Assembly (NCBI GenBank): GCA_965279515.1
Contig: CBDIID010000003.1
Span: 544,001 to 608,000 of the forward strand
Length of the DNA: 64,000 nt
Origin: Turneriella sp.
Lineage (GTDB): Bacteria > Spirochaetota > Leptospiria > Turneriellales > Turneriellaceae
Direction of reading: 5' to 3'
Shown: piece by piece, positions 37,795 to 47,359 of the stretch
How the letters are laid out: the number at the start of each line of letters is the position of its first letter
Position numbering within the stretch: position 1 is the first letter of the stretch
Notes under the pieces: generated by a model
Told to the model about the DNA's origin: nothing
What the model saw: the letters and a program-made list of their open reading frames with translations, nothing else
Databases searched by the model: none
Made by a program: the position numbers and the translations under genes

Positions 37795-39024
37795 ATGTCT
37801 GAAATTTCCCGCGCTGCCAAAGCCGCGATTCTCGTGTCGGCGCTTGGCTACTTTGTCGATATCTATGACCTGCTGCTTTTCCTGATCGTGCGCAAACCCA
37901 GTCTTGCGGCACTGGGTATTCCCGACACAGGCCTCGCTGAATATCTCTTCAGTATCCAGATGGCAGGTATGCTGGTCGGGGGTATTTTCTGGGGCATCCT
38001 GGGCGATAAAAAAGGGCGGCTTTCGGTACTTTTTGGTTCTATCACCATGTATTCGCTTGCCAATATAGCGAATGCCTTCGTCACCAATATCGAGCAGTAT
38101 GCGATACTGCGTTTTATCGCCGGCATCGGCCTTGCGGGCGAGCTCGGGGCAGGCATCACGCTCGTTTCAGAACTTATGCCCAAAGACAAACGCGGTTATG
38201 GCACGATGATCGTCGCAGGCTTCGGTATTTTCGGCGCCGTTGCCGCGAGCCTCATCGGCAAATTCATGAGCTGGAAAGCCGCCTACATCATCGGCGGCAT
38301 CGGCGGTATCGCCCTGCTCCTGCTGCGCATCGGCGTCACGGAATCAGGCATGTTTGAAAAGGTATTGAAGCACGAAGTCAGGCGCGGCTCTTTCCTGAGC
38401 CTGTTCGCCAACCGCAAACGCCTGTCGAAATACCTCTACTGTATTCTCATCGGCGTACCGCTGTGGTTCGTGATCGGCATTCTGATTGGCCGGGCAGATA
38501 AGTTCGGCATTGCGCAAGGTGCACTGTTTTCACCCGACCCCGGCATTGCCATCGGCATCACCTACTTCACTCTTGCCCTGGGAGATTTTGCGGCCGGCGC
38601 GCTCAGCCAGTATATCGGCTCACGGCGCCGCGTTGTGCTCTACTGGCAGCTCATGAATCTCGCGGTCATCACGGTATTCCTGTTATCCAAAGGTTATGGC
38701 GAGACTTATTTTTACGTATTCTGCGCCTTATTGGGATTTATCAACGGCTACTGGGCTGTTTTCGTGACGATAGCGGCGGAACAGTTTGGCACCAATATTC
38801 GTTCGACGGTCACAACCACGGTACCGAATTTCGTGCGCGGCAGCGTCTCGGTCATGACGCCGCTGTTTATTTTTCTCACGGGTAAATTTGCCAAAACGAG
38901 CGGCGACCTTTCGGGTATGATTCCCGCCGCCTTTATCGTCGGCGCGATCGCGTTTTCGCTGGCGCTGTTTGCACTCTCGCGCCTCGAGGAATCACACGGC
39001 AAAGACCTGGATTACAACGAATAG
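37795..39024 (+). CDS. MFS transporter
   Basis: GILGDKKGR motif A, LRFIAGIGLAGE and about 12 TM segments. Confidence 0.92.
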   Translation: MSEISRAAKAAILVSALGYFVDIYDLLLFLIVRKPSLAALGIPDTGLAEYLFSIQMAGMLVGGIFWGILGDKKGRLSVLFGSITMYSLANIANAFVTNIEQYAILRFIAGIGLAGELGAGITLVSELMPKDKRGYGTMIVAGFGIFGAVAASLIGKFMSWKAAYIIGGIGGIALLLLRIGVTESGMFEKVLKHEVRRGSFLSLFANRKRLSKYLYCILIGVPLWFVIGILIGRADKFGIAQGALFSPDPGIAIGITYFTLALGDFAAGALSQYIGSRRRVVLYWQLMNLAVITVFLLSKGYGETYFYVFCALLGFINGYWAVFVTIAAEQFGTNIRSTVTTTVPNFVRGSVSVMTPLFIFLTGKFAKTSGDLSGMIPAAFIVGAIAFSLALFALSRLEESHGKDLDYNE

Positions 39025-39041
39025 TCGCAACGTTTTTGATT

Positions 39042-39764
39042 TTATTTTTTCGGGTGTTTGGCCGAGCAGAGTTTCAGATTGAACCTCGCGGCCCGGACCA
39101 CCGCTAACCATACATCCGCATCCGAAGGCGGGTAATTGTTTTTTATCTCATCGTCGGATAGAGCGGCCTCGGTTTCTAACGTTTTTAAAGTAGCCCGGCA
39201 GGCTGCAGAATCTCCGAGCTTATATTGCGTTATGGCAATATCGTTTTTTATCCACCCGGTTTCAATCCAGTCGAAAGTTTTACTACATACGTTAAACAAC
39301 TCGCTGAGGGTACTGAGCGCCCCGGTGTACTCTTTCTTATCGTAGAGATCTTTGAAGCGCTTTCGTGTCTTCGTCCGCGACAAGGTGTCGCAGCCGCCGG
39401 CGGGCTGAAGATACAATCCCTCAAAGACCGCGCGTGCGCCGCAGTAATAGCTGCATTCGGGCCCGCTTTGAATAACCTCAATATCCTTCCCTTTTTTCGT
39501 AAAGGTCACGATACATTCTTTTTCTTTGTCGGCGGCTTCCAATCTTGCCTGGTTATTTTTGATTTCGCCGGATAACCCACAGGTATGAAAATTGCTCCCG
39601 ACGGAGGTAATTTCAAAGAGCATTTTTCCCCGGGTCGTTTTGATATTCAGGTTTCCCCAGCCACCTTCGGGGATATACTCACCCGGCCTTAGGCCTTCAC
39701 CGGAATTTGCCGGGAAAGTCATGGCGAATAACAAACCATAAATAAGTAAAATCTTCTTTTTCAT
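39042..39764 (-). CDS. Secreted cysteine-rich hypothetical protein
   Basis: Signal peptide MKKKILLIYGLLFAMTFPANS, 8 Cys, helical C-terminal half. DNA is visibly more AT-rich than its neighbours. Confidence 0.75.
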   Translation of the reverse strand: MKKKILLIYGLLFAMTFPANSGEGLRPGEYIPEGGWGNLNIKTTRGKMLFEITSVGSNFHTCGLSGEIKNNQARLEAADKEKECIVTFTKKGKDIEVIQSGPECSYYCGARAVFEGLYLQPAGGCDTLSRTKTRKRFKDLYDKKEYTGALSTLSELFNVCSKTFDWIETGWIKNDIAITQYKLGDSAACRATLKTLETEAALSDDEIKNNYPPSDADVWLAVVRAARFNLKLCSAKHPKK

Positions 39765-39883
39765 ATGCTCTCGCCGCCGCACCGGAATCCAATTTGTCTC
39801 TTCGGCATGCGTACGCTGCGACCGACAAGTTTCTTCGCTGCAATCTCAATCATCTCCGGTTCGGGATTTTTGAGAATACCCAT
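39761..39883 (-). pseudogene. Internally deleted GyrI-like / AraC effector-binding gene remnant
   Basis: One frame gives MGILKNPEPEMIEIAAKKLVGRSVRM (GyrI-like N-terminus). Another frame immediately gives AEETNWIPVRR (GyrI-like C-terminus). Confidence 0.5.
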
Positions 39884-39888
39884 GGGTA

Positions 39889-41133
39889 TTAACCGACGAG
39901 TTTGACAAACTTGCGCTTGCCCGCGCGCAGGATAAAATCTTCGTTTACCGGCATCTTAAAATCGCTGAGCACAGTCTCTGCCTCGCCGTCGATGCGGTAG
40001 ATGGACTTCGCGTCGATCATACGCCGCGCCTCTGAGTTCGACGGCGCGAGGCCCGCCTCTTTGACAACGGCGACAAGCTGGCTGCCCTTCGTGTAGCGGA
40101 ACTCGGGGATATCCTGCGGAATACCGCGCTCTTTCGGATTATGCACCTTGCTCCATTCTTCACCCGTCGCGGCCGCAATCTCTTCCGATGTAAAACGCGC
40201 CGTAATCTCGCGCGCGAGATCGGCCTTTGCCTGCTTGGGATGCAGGTCACCATTCGCAATACGCTCTTTGATACTTTTGAGATCCGCCACGGATTTATCG
40301 GAGAGCAGATTATAATATTCGAGCATGAGCTCATCTGAGATGCTCATCAGCTTGCCATAGATGTCGGTCGGGGATTCCTGGATACCGATATAGTTGCCGA
40401 GTGATTTTGACATTTTCTTCACGCCGTCGAGACCCACGAGCAGAGGCGTCATCAGCACACACTGCTGGCCCTGGCCATACGAAGCCTGCAGGTCGCGCCC
40501 CACCAGCAGGTTAAATTTCTGGTCTGTGCCGCCGAGTTCGACGTCGCTTTTCAGCGCCACCGAGTCATAGCCCTGCATGAGCGGGTACATAAATTCAACC
40601 AGCGAGATGGCCTGGCCAGCCGCATAACGCTTCGAAAAATCGTCGCGCTCAAGCATACGCGCAACGGTATATTTCCCCGTCAAATGCAGCATATCTTCGA
40701 GTTTAAGTCCGTTCAGCCATGCGGAATTAAATACAATTTCTGTTTTTTGCGGATCGAGAATTTTAAATACCTGCTCTTTGTAGGTTTTTGCATTCGCCTC
40801 GACCTCTTCGCGCGACAGCACTTTACGCGTCTCTGACTTGCCCGTCGGATCGCCAATCATCGCCGTATAGTCGCCGATCAGAAACAGCACGTGGTGGCCG
40901 AATTTCTGGAACTGGCGGAGCTTTTGGATGAGGACGGCATGACCCAAATGCAGGTCGGGCGCGGTCGGGTCAAAACCCGCCTTTACCCTGAGCGGAATCT
41001 TTTTATTATACGCGTCGAGAAGTTTCTTGCGAAATTCATTAACGGGTAGGATTTCCTCTGCGCCACGCGCCAGTTCTGCAAACTGATTTTCCAGTTCGGC
41101 GGGAAGTTCGATCTTTTCGTGCGCTGAAGCCAT
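39889..41133 (-). CDS. tyrS: Tyrosine--tRNA ligase
   Basis: [26 protein letters not shown] and an S4-like tail. Confidence 0.98.
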   Translation of the reverse strand: MASAHEKIELPAELENQFAELARGAEEILPVNEFRKKLLDAYNKKIPLRVKAGFDPTAPDLHLGHAVLIQKLRQFQKFGHHVLFLIGDYTAMIGDPTGKSETRKVLSREEVEANAKTYKEQVFKILDPQKTEIVFNSAWLNGLKLEDMLHLTGKYTVARMLERDDFSKRYAAGQAISLVEFMYPLMQGYDSVALKSDVELGGTDQKFNLLVGRDLQASYGQGQQCVLMTPLLVGLDGVKKMSKSLGNYIGIQESPTDIYGKLMSISDELMLEYYNLLSDKSVADLKSIKERIANGDLHPKQAKADLAREITARFTSEEIAAATGEEWSKVHNPKERGIPQDIPEFRYTKGSQLVAVVKEAGLAPSNSEARRMIDAKSIYRIDGEAETVLSDFKMPVNEDFILRAGKRKFVKLVG

Positions 41134-41181
41134 CCGCTATGTTTTTCCGGCGCGATGCCGCGAAAACTACAATGCGCCAGC

Positions 41182-41631
41182 CTAACGCGGCAAGCTATCC
41201 CAGTGATCCATCCGTTCGCGGCGTTCCTGTCTGAAGTTAGTGACCTCGAGTTTCACACCGTCGGGATCTGTGAAAAAGATCGCATAATAGTCGGGCGCAT
41301 ATTCTTTATGGTATTGCGGAATGGAGACCTGCAAACCCTTTTGGCGCATCGCCCCGGCAGCCTTATCGACGTCTTCTTCGGCGTTGACACGGAAACAAAA
41401 GTGGTGCAGCCCCGGTTTATCGGCACTGAAATCCGCCTCAGTTTTTGCGGGGCGTATCACAAAGCCGAACTGCCGGTTAAAATACTGGATATGCGCATAG
41501 CCGTTGAGCATGAATTTATTCTTGCGGAAACCCAGGATGTCTGCGAGCACCTGGTCGTAATATTGCTCTGACCTGACGATATCGCTGACGGACAGGTAAA
41601 TGTGATCGATACCGATGACTTCTACAGGCAT
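41182..41631 (-). CDS. VOC/glyoxalase family protein
   Basis: IDHIYLSVSD, GLHHFCF and FFTDPDGVKLE. Confidence 0.92.
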   Translation of the reverse strand: MPVEVIGIDHIYLSVSDIVRSEQYYDQVLADILGFRKNKFMLNGYAHIQYFNRQFGFVIRPAKTEADFSADKPGLHHFCFRVNAEEDVDKAAGAMRQKGLQVSIPQYHKEYAPDYYAIFFTDPDGVKLEVTNFRQERRERMDHWDSLPR

Positions 41632-41725
41632 ACCACGCAGATAGCAAGCGCATGCAGGGCGTAAATCCCCATAAAACCCGCCGGCGAACTGATTGACGCC
41701 GCGTTTTCGGGGGTAAGTCATCCCC

Positions 41726-42025
41726 ATGGCCGCCAAAAAGCAACAAAGCCCGACCTCATTACCGGCCGACCTCACGTTTGAAAAGGCCCTGGCCGACCTG
41801 GAAGAAATCACGGAAAAACTCGAGGACGGCAAAGAGTCCCTCGAAGAGTCGATGAAGCTCTATGAATACGGCCTCGCGCTCAAAGAATTCTGCGAGCATA
41901 AGCTCAAAGAAGCTGAAGGCAAGTGGCTGATGCTGAAAAAACAAAAAGACGGAACTGTATCGGCGGAGGAGATACCGAACGATAAGATTCCGGAACAGAA
42001 CGAGCTGCAAGGGCAGATGTTTTGA
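41726..42025 (+). CDS. xseB: Exodeoxyribonuclease VII small subunit
   Basis: TFEKALADLEEITEKLE..SLEESMKLYEYG..C..KLKEAE. Confidence 0.93.
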   Translation: MAAKKQQSPTSLPADLTFEKALADLEEITEKLEDGKESLEESMKLYEYGLALKEFCEHKLKEAEGKWLMLKKQKDGTVSAEEIPNDKIPEQNELQGQMF

Positions 42026-42999
42026 AAAACGACATCAAGGCGGCGATTGAAGACACCTTCCGCGCGGCGGAATCATCGCTGGCGCAGAATCTCGCCACAC
42101 CGGCATTTTTGCCACAGGTCGCCCGTGCGGCGGAAATTCTCGCCGAATCGAAAAACCGCATACTGACCTGCGGTATGGGCAAGTCGGGTCTCATCGCGCG
42201 CAAAGTCGCAGCCACGCTGACTTCGACAGGTTCACCGGCCGTATTCCTGCATCCCGCCGATGCCCTGCATGGCGACATCGGCAACCTGCAGTCCAAAGAA
42301 GTCGTACTGGCTTTTTCCAATTCCGGCGAAACCCGCGAGATCATTGAAATCCTGCCGCACATAAAACGCCTGCAAGGCAAACTCATCGCCGTGACGCAGA
42401 AGGCGGACAGTACACTCGCCCGCGACGCCGACGCCGCTATTATCTACTCCATCACGCGCGAGGGATGCCCCCTGGAACTTGCGCCGATGGCTTCGACCAC
42501 GATATCGCTCGCCATCGGCGACGCGATCGCCACGGCACTCATTAAGCTGAAGAAATTCCGCCGCGAAGATTTCGGCAAGTACCACCCCTCAGGAACGCTG
42601 GGGCGCAAGCTTTTGACGCGGGTCAAGGATGTCATGCAGCCCGCGGCCGGAATTTTGCTGACACGTGAGACGCCGTTTGAGAAAATTCTTCCGAGAATGA
42701 TTTCGGCGAACCTGGGTTCCATGATTATTGTCGGCAGCAAGGGGCATGTACGGGGAATTTTGACCGATGGTGATATCAAACGCCTGCTCGAACAATTCAC
42801 CGAGAATCCCCAAAAACTGTTCTCTGCGAAGGCCGGCGAAATTATGACCCCCGATCCGGTTTCGATTCGCGAGGGAGCGCTTGTGGACGAAGCCTTTGCG
42901 CTCATGCAGGAGAAACACACTTATAATTTACCCGTTGTAAATACGGCAAAAAAGCCCGTCGGCATCGTGCGTATGCATGACCTGATGATTACCGGTTGA
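42022..42999 (+). CDS. kdsD: Arabinose-5-phosphate isomerase (KpsF/GutQ family, SIS plus CBS domains)
   Basis: GMGKSG, HPADALHGD, SNSGET, HPSGTLG and a CBS pair. Confidence 0.92.
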   Translation: MKNDIKAAIEDTFRAAESSLAQNLATPAFLPQVARAAEILAESKNRILTCGMGKSGLIARKVAATLTSTGSPAVFLHPADALHGDIGNLQSKEVVLAFSNSGETREIIEILPHIKRLQGKLIAVTQKADSTLARDADAAIIYSITREGCPLELAPMASTTISLAIGDAIATALIKLKKFRREDFGKYHPSGTLGRKLLTRVKDVMQPAAGILLTRETPFEKILPRMISANLGSMIIVGSKGHVRGILTDGDIKRLLEQFTENPQKLFSAKAGEIMTPDPVSIREGALVDEAFALMQEKHTYNLPVVNTAKKPVGIVRMHDLMITG

Positions 43000-43006
43000 G
43001 GAATAT

Positions 43007-43810
43007 ATGTCGACTATCGCCAAAGACAAAGTAACCAAAGCTGTTGAAAAGTTGCAAAAAGACCGTATCGTTATTTTTCGCATCAATGCGCTCACGCGCA
43101 TCGGGCGCGAAGAGCTGATGAACATTTTTGCGCGCCTTTTTGAAGAATTTCAGCTCAACCCCGCGCTGCTCTTTAACCTGTATTCGGCGGTCGTGGAAGT
43201 TATCTTCAATGCCATCAAGGCAAATGCCAAGCACATCATCTTCAAATCTGAAGTCAAAATGAAGCTGATGAAGCAGAAGTTCGAAGACATTGAGACGCTG
43301 CTACAGATCATTTTCCACGAAGAAGTCCTGCGCGATTTTATGACCCGCCATATTATCCCTGAAAAACTCAAAAAGCGCGTCAATACCGTGCTGCAACTCG
43401 AAGAGAAAAGGCGCACAGGCAGGGGATTATCCGACCGCGACCTGGAGCTTTTACGGGAATTTAAGCAGCTTCTCGAAGAAGAAGAGGTCATGATTCACTT
43501 TACCATCGCCATGACCGATGAACGCATTACATTCAATGTAGTGAATGATATTCCGATTCTCAGCAAAGACATGGCCCGCATCGATCAAAGCCGGCAAACG
43601 CATAAAAAGCTCTACGACGAAGGCCGCTCGACAGATTATTTCGGCCCTGACTATATCGACCTCACCGAATCCGCGGGATTTGGCATCGCCATGGCAGATG
43701 AGATCTATTATGAGATGGGTCTCGATCCGCTCAGCCATTTCTCCATTTCGGCATCCGACGGTTCGACGAGGGCGGTAATGTATTTTCCCCGCCACAAATT
43801 TTCGTTCTGA
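43007..43810 (+). CDS. Stand-alone GHKL/anti-sigma-kinase-like ATP-binding protein with a helical insertion
   Basis: N-box-like VEVIFNAIKAN and G2-like ESAGFGIAM; strong SD GAGGA. Confidence 0.6.
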   Translation: MSTIAKDKVTKAVEKLQKDRIVIFRINALTRIGREELMNIFARLFEEFQLNPALLFNLYSAVVEVIFNAIKANAKHIIFKSEVKMKLMKQKFEDIETLLQIIFHEEVLRDFMTRHIIPEKLKKRVNTVLQLEEKRRTGRGLSDRDLELLREFKQLLEEEEVMIHFTIAMTDERITFNVVNDIPILSKDMARIDQSRQTHKKLYDEGRSTDYFGPDYIDLTESAGFGIAMADEIYYEMGLDPLSHFSISASDGSTRAVMYFPRHKFSF

Positions 43811-43906
43811 CCTGAACACGTTTTAAGCTGGTCAGGCCTGCCCTACCCGCAATAATGGATATAAAGACCTTTATTTAATTTTATTATCCCTGCCAGAGGA
43901 GTTACC

Positions 43907-45961
43907 ATGTCCCACTATAAACACCTGCTCGAACCGGCGAACATCCGGCATATGCGACTCAAAAACCGAATGGTTAAACCGGCGCAGTGGCTCGTCTATG
44001 CGGAGAGCGACGGCTCCGTCGGTACACGCACGCTGGCTTTTTATGACAGCATCGCCCGGGGCGGCGTTGGACTAGTCACCGTCGAAGAGAGTATCTGCGA
44101 TTATCCCGGCGGCGCGAGCGCAATGCCGCACCTGCGCCTCGACGAAGACCGTTTTATTCCGGGGCTTAAAGAACTTGCCGAAACCATTCACAGGCACGAT
44201 GCGCGGGCCATTGTCCAGATTACGCATGCCGGCCCTGCGCATAACCCGCAGGCCGGCGGTGACGCTGTGGCGCCGTCCCGCCTTGAACCACCCGCCGAGC
44301 CCCCTTTTGCCGTCGCCCACGAGCTGACGGTTTCTGAAATCGCGACGCTTGTGGAGAAATTCGCGCAGGCCGCACTGCGGGTGAAAAAGGCCGGCTTCGA
44401 CGGCGTTGAATTGCATATGGCGCATTATGCGCTGATTAACTCCTTTTTATCCCGCGTTCAGAATAAACGCAGCGATGCCTATGGCTGTGAGAATCTGGAA
44501 ACACGGTCGCGTTTCTCGCGCGAAATTCTGCTGCGCACACGCGAGCTGTGCGGTGCAGATTTTATCATCGGCATCCGCATGAGCAACAAGGAATGGGGAC
44601 ATCCACTCGGCACCACGGTCGAAGAGGCAGCCGAATTTGCGAAAATTTTTGAAAAAAACGGGGCGGATTACCTGCAAGTCAGTACGTACGGGTATGGCGC
44701 CTTCGCGCTGTGCGCCCTGCCCGAGCTCGTGGTTTACCCTGAACCCGCACCGGAAGCCAAAGCTTTTGCGGAGCGCATTCCGGACGGAGCCTTGGTTCCC
44801 GAAACGCACATCATCAAACAAGCTGTAAAAATTCCCGTATCGGCCGTCGGGTATCTTGACCCTGAAGCGGCGGACAAAGTTTTAAAAGAGGGCAAGGCAG
44901 ACCTGATCTGCTTTGGCCGCCGCCTCATGGCAGATCCCGAAATGCCGCTGAAACTCGCGGCGGGGCGTGAGGAGGAAATCCGCCCCTGCCTGCGCTGCAA
45001 TGTCTGTCTGTCAGATATTCTGCTCGCGCAGCCGGCCCGCTGCCGCATCAACCCGTTTATGGGCAATGAGGCCAGGCTGCAGATAAAACCCGCGGCGAAG
45101 GTTAAGACAGTCATGGTCGTAGGCGCCGGCCCGGCCGGCATGGAAGCGGCACGTGTCGCCGCGGAGCGCGGTCACCACGTGATGCTCTATGACCGCTCGC
45201 CTGATCTCGGTGGACTCATACCGATGGCATCTTTCATCAAGGGAGCGGGTGTTGCTGACAACCTCATGCGCATGCTGCCGTGGTACCGTCACGAACTCAA
45301 ACGTCTGGGGGTAGAGCTGCACCTCGGAGTCGATGTCGATGCTGAACTCGTGAATCTCATCGAACCTGACGCTCTGATTCTCGCACTCGGCGGCAAACCC
45401 GTATTGCCTGAAATTCCGGGTATCGCTGGCGACAACGTGATCACCACGGAAAATCTCAAGAAGTCGGCGCAGCCGTATCTGCACCTGTTGGGCTCAAAAA
45501 TGGTCGCGGCACTGAGCAAAATCTATCTGCCCGTCAAAGACAGCGTTGCCATTATCGGCGCCGATCTCGCCGGACTCGAAGCGGCCGAATTTCTCGTCAA
45601 GCGCGGGCGTAAAGTGACGCTGATCGAAACCGCGCCACAGCCCGGGGCGGGCATGCCGCTGGTTTGGCTCGTACGACTCATGCCATGGCTCGCGGCAAAG
45701 GGTGTTGCAATCCATGCCGGCGTTCAGATAGAGCGCATTACAGAGGCAGGTGTGGAGATCCGCAACGCGGAGGGTCAACCGGTTACCGTCACGGCTGAAT
45801 CCGTGATGGTCATGCCACGCTATGAACGTAACGCGGCGCTCGATACAAAATTCGGCAACCTGAAATTAAAGCCGGTAGTGATTGGCGATGCGAAAGGCGG
45901 AGATCCGCGCTATATCCAGGGCGCGGTGTTCGACGGCGCAGAAGCGGGCGCGGCGATTTGA
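43907..45961 (+). CDS. NADH:flavin oxidoreductase (Old Yellow Enzyme barrel plus FAD domain, FadH/BaiCD-like)
   Basis: LKNR, AGFDGVELH, the Fe-S motif CLRCNVC...C and GAGPAG; SD GAGGAG. Confidence 0.9.
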   Translation: MSHYKHLLEPANIRHMRLKNRMVKPAQWLVYAESDGSVGTRTLAFYDSIARGGVGLVTVEESICDYPGGASAMPHLRLDEDRFIPGLKELAETIHRHDARAIVQITHAGPAHNPQAGGDAVAPSRLEPPAEPPFAVAHELTVSEIATLVEKFAQAALRVKKAGFDGVELHMAHYALINSFLSRVQNKRSDAYGCENLETRSRFSREILLRTRELCGADFIIGIRMSNKEWGHPLGTTVEEAAEFAKIFEKNGADYLQVSTYGYGAFALCALPELVVYPEPAPEAKAFAERIPDGALVPETHIIKQAVKIPVSAVGYLDPEAADKVLKEGKADLICFGRRLMADPEMPLKLAAGREEEIRPCLRCNVCLSDILLAQPARCRINPFMGNEARLQIKPAAKVKTVMVVGAGPAGMEAARVAAERGHHVMLYDRSPDLGGLIPMASFIKGAGVADNLMRMLPWYRHELKRLGVELHLGVDVDAELVNLIEPDALILALGGKPVLPEIPGIAGDNVITTENLKKSAQPYLHLLGSKMVAALSKIYLPVKDSVAIIGADLAGLEAAEFLVKRGRKVTLIETAPQPGAGMPLVWLVRLMPWLAAKGVAIHAGVQIERITEAGVEIRNAEGQPVTVTAESVMVMPRYERNAALDTKFGNLKLKPVVIGDAKGGDPRYIQGAVFDGAEAGAAI

Positions 45962-45967
45962 GCCGCG

Positions 45968-47356
45968 TTATGCAACTGAGGACAATAGTTTTTCAGCCGC
46001 CTCAATCTGTCGCGCGACGGCATCCGGGTTGGTCGAACCTTCCCCCTGGCGGCGCGCCACAGAGGCGAGCGGTGAGAAAAAATCCGCCGGGAACTCCAGG
46101 GGAAATCCCGCTACTTTTTTCCAGTCGTCACCCGTGAGCGTCTCGAGGCGCTTTTGGTTGTCTTCGGCAAACTTTACTGCCCCGCCGGCGACCGCATGCG
46201 CGTCGCGGAACGGCACCTGCTTTTCGCGCACGAGGTAATCTGCCACATCGGTTGCAAGAGCGAAGCCGCGCGAAAGATTTTCGATCGTGCGGTTTTCGTG
46301 AAAACGAATGTGATTCAATATTTCAGTCATGCCGAGAATACCCTGCCGCGCCTGCACAACTGAATCGAAGAGATAGACTTTGTCTTCCTGCAGGTCGCGG
46401 TTGTAGGTCAACGGCAGGCCCTTGAGGTTAGTAATGAGCGCCTGCAGGTTGCCATTCACCCTACCCGCCTTGCCGCGTAAGAGCTCGGCGATGTCGGGAT
46501 TTTTCTTCTGCGGCATGATCGACGAGCCCGTCGTCACGGCATCGCCGAGCGTCACATAACCAAACTCGGTCGAATTATAGATAATAATGTCTTCGCAGAA
46601 ACGCGAGATGTGCAGGTAGAGCCGTGTCACCCAAAAGTGATAGTTGAGCTGGTAATCGCGGTTGGCGACGCCGTCCATGCTGTTCGCATACGGAGCGTCG
46701 AAGCCAAGCTCTTTGGCCGTCTGTGCGCGATCGACGGGATAGTTCGCGCCGCCCAAGGCTGCCGAACCGAGCGGAGATAGCCGGGTAGAAGTGTTCACAA
46801 AATCCAGGAATTCGAGGTCGCGCGCGAATTGCCAGAAATAAGCCATCAGATAGTGCGAGAGCAGCACCGGCTGTGCAATCTGCAAGTGCGTATACCCGAT
46901 CCAGATTTTCGTGCGGTTCGCTTTAGCCAATTCCAGGATCTTGCCTAAGAGGTTCTTCAGATCGCTGCGGTGCTCGAGCAAAGCCTCGCGCACGAAGAGG
47001 TGGGTGTCGACCGCGACCTGGTCGTTGCGCGAGCGGCCGGTATGCAGCTTTTTGCCCGTGTCGCCGATGATTTCGGTGAGCCGCGATTCGACATGCATGT
47101 GGATGTCTTCCAGCGCCGGAGAGAATTTCATTTTGCCGGCGGCAATTTCCTCTTCGACCAGCTTGAGGCCGCGTTCGATGTCCTTAAATTCTGCGGCTGT
47201 GAGAACCCCGATTGACGTGAGCATGCGTGCATGCGCGAGCGACGCGCGGATATCGACGCGGAAGAGCGCGTGGTCGTAAGAGATCGACTCGGAGATCTCT
47301 TCGGTTATCTTTGAAGGGGGCGTTTCAAAACGCCCGTGCCACAACTTCTCCGCCAT
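45968..47356 (-). CDS. argH: Argininosuccinate lyase
   Basis: LWHGRF, EDIH, HTGRSRNDQV, YTHLQ and GSSIMPQKKNPD. Confidence 0.98.
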   Translation of the reverse strand: MAEKLWHGRFETPPSKITEEISESISYDHALFRVDIRASLAHARMLTSIGVLTAAEFKDIERGLKLVEEEIAAGKMKFSPALEDIHMHVESRLTEIIGDTGKKLHTGRSRNDQVAVDTHLFVREALLEHRSDLKNLLGKILELAKANRTKIWIGYTHLQIAQPVLLSHYLMAYFWQFARDLEFLDFVNTSTRLSPLGSAALGGANYPVDRAQTAKELGFDAPYANSMDGVANRDYQLNYHFWVTRLYLHISRFCEDIIIYNSTEFGYVTLGDAVTTGSSIMPQKKNPDIAELLRGKAGRVNGNLQALITNLKGLPLTYNRDLQEDKVYLFDSVVQARQGILGMTEILNHIRFHENRTIENLSRGFALATDVADYLVREKQVPFRDAHAVAGGAVKFAEDNQKRLETLTGDDWKKVAGFPLEFPADFFSPLASVARRQGEGSTNPDAVARQIEAAEKLLSSVA

Positions 47357-47359
47357 GCG

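Noticed and set aside
43861..43874. ATAAAG-AC-CTTTAT palindrome upstream of the flavin oxidoreductase
   Set aside because: It is short and AT-rich within an AT-rich spacer, occurs once and has no adjacent regulator, so it is too weak to call.
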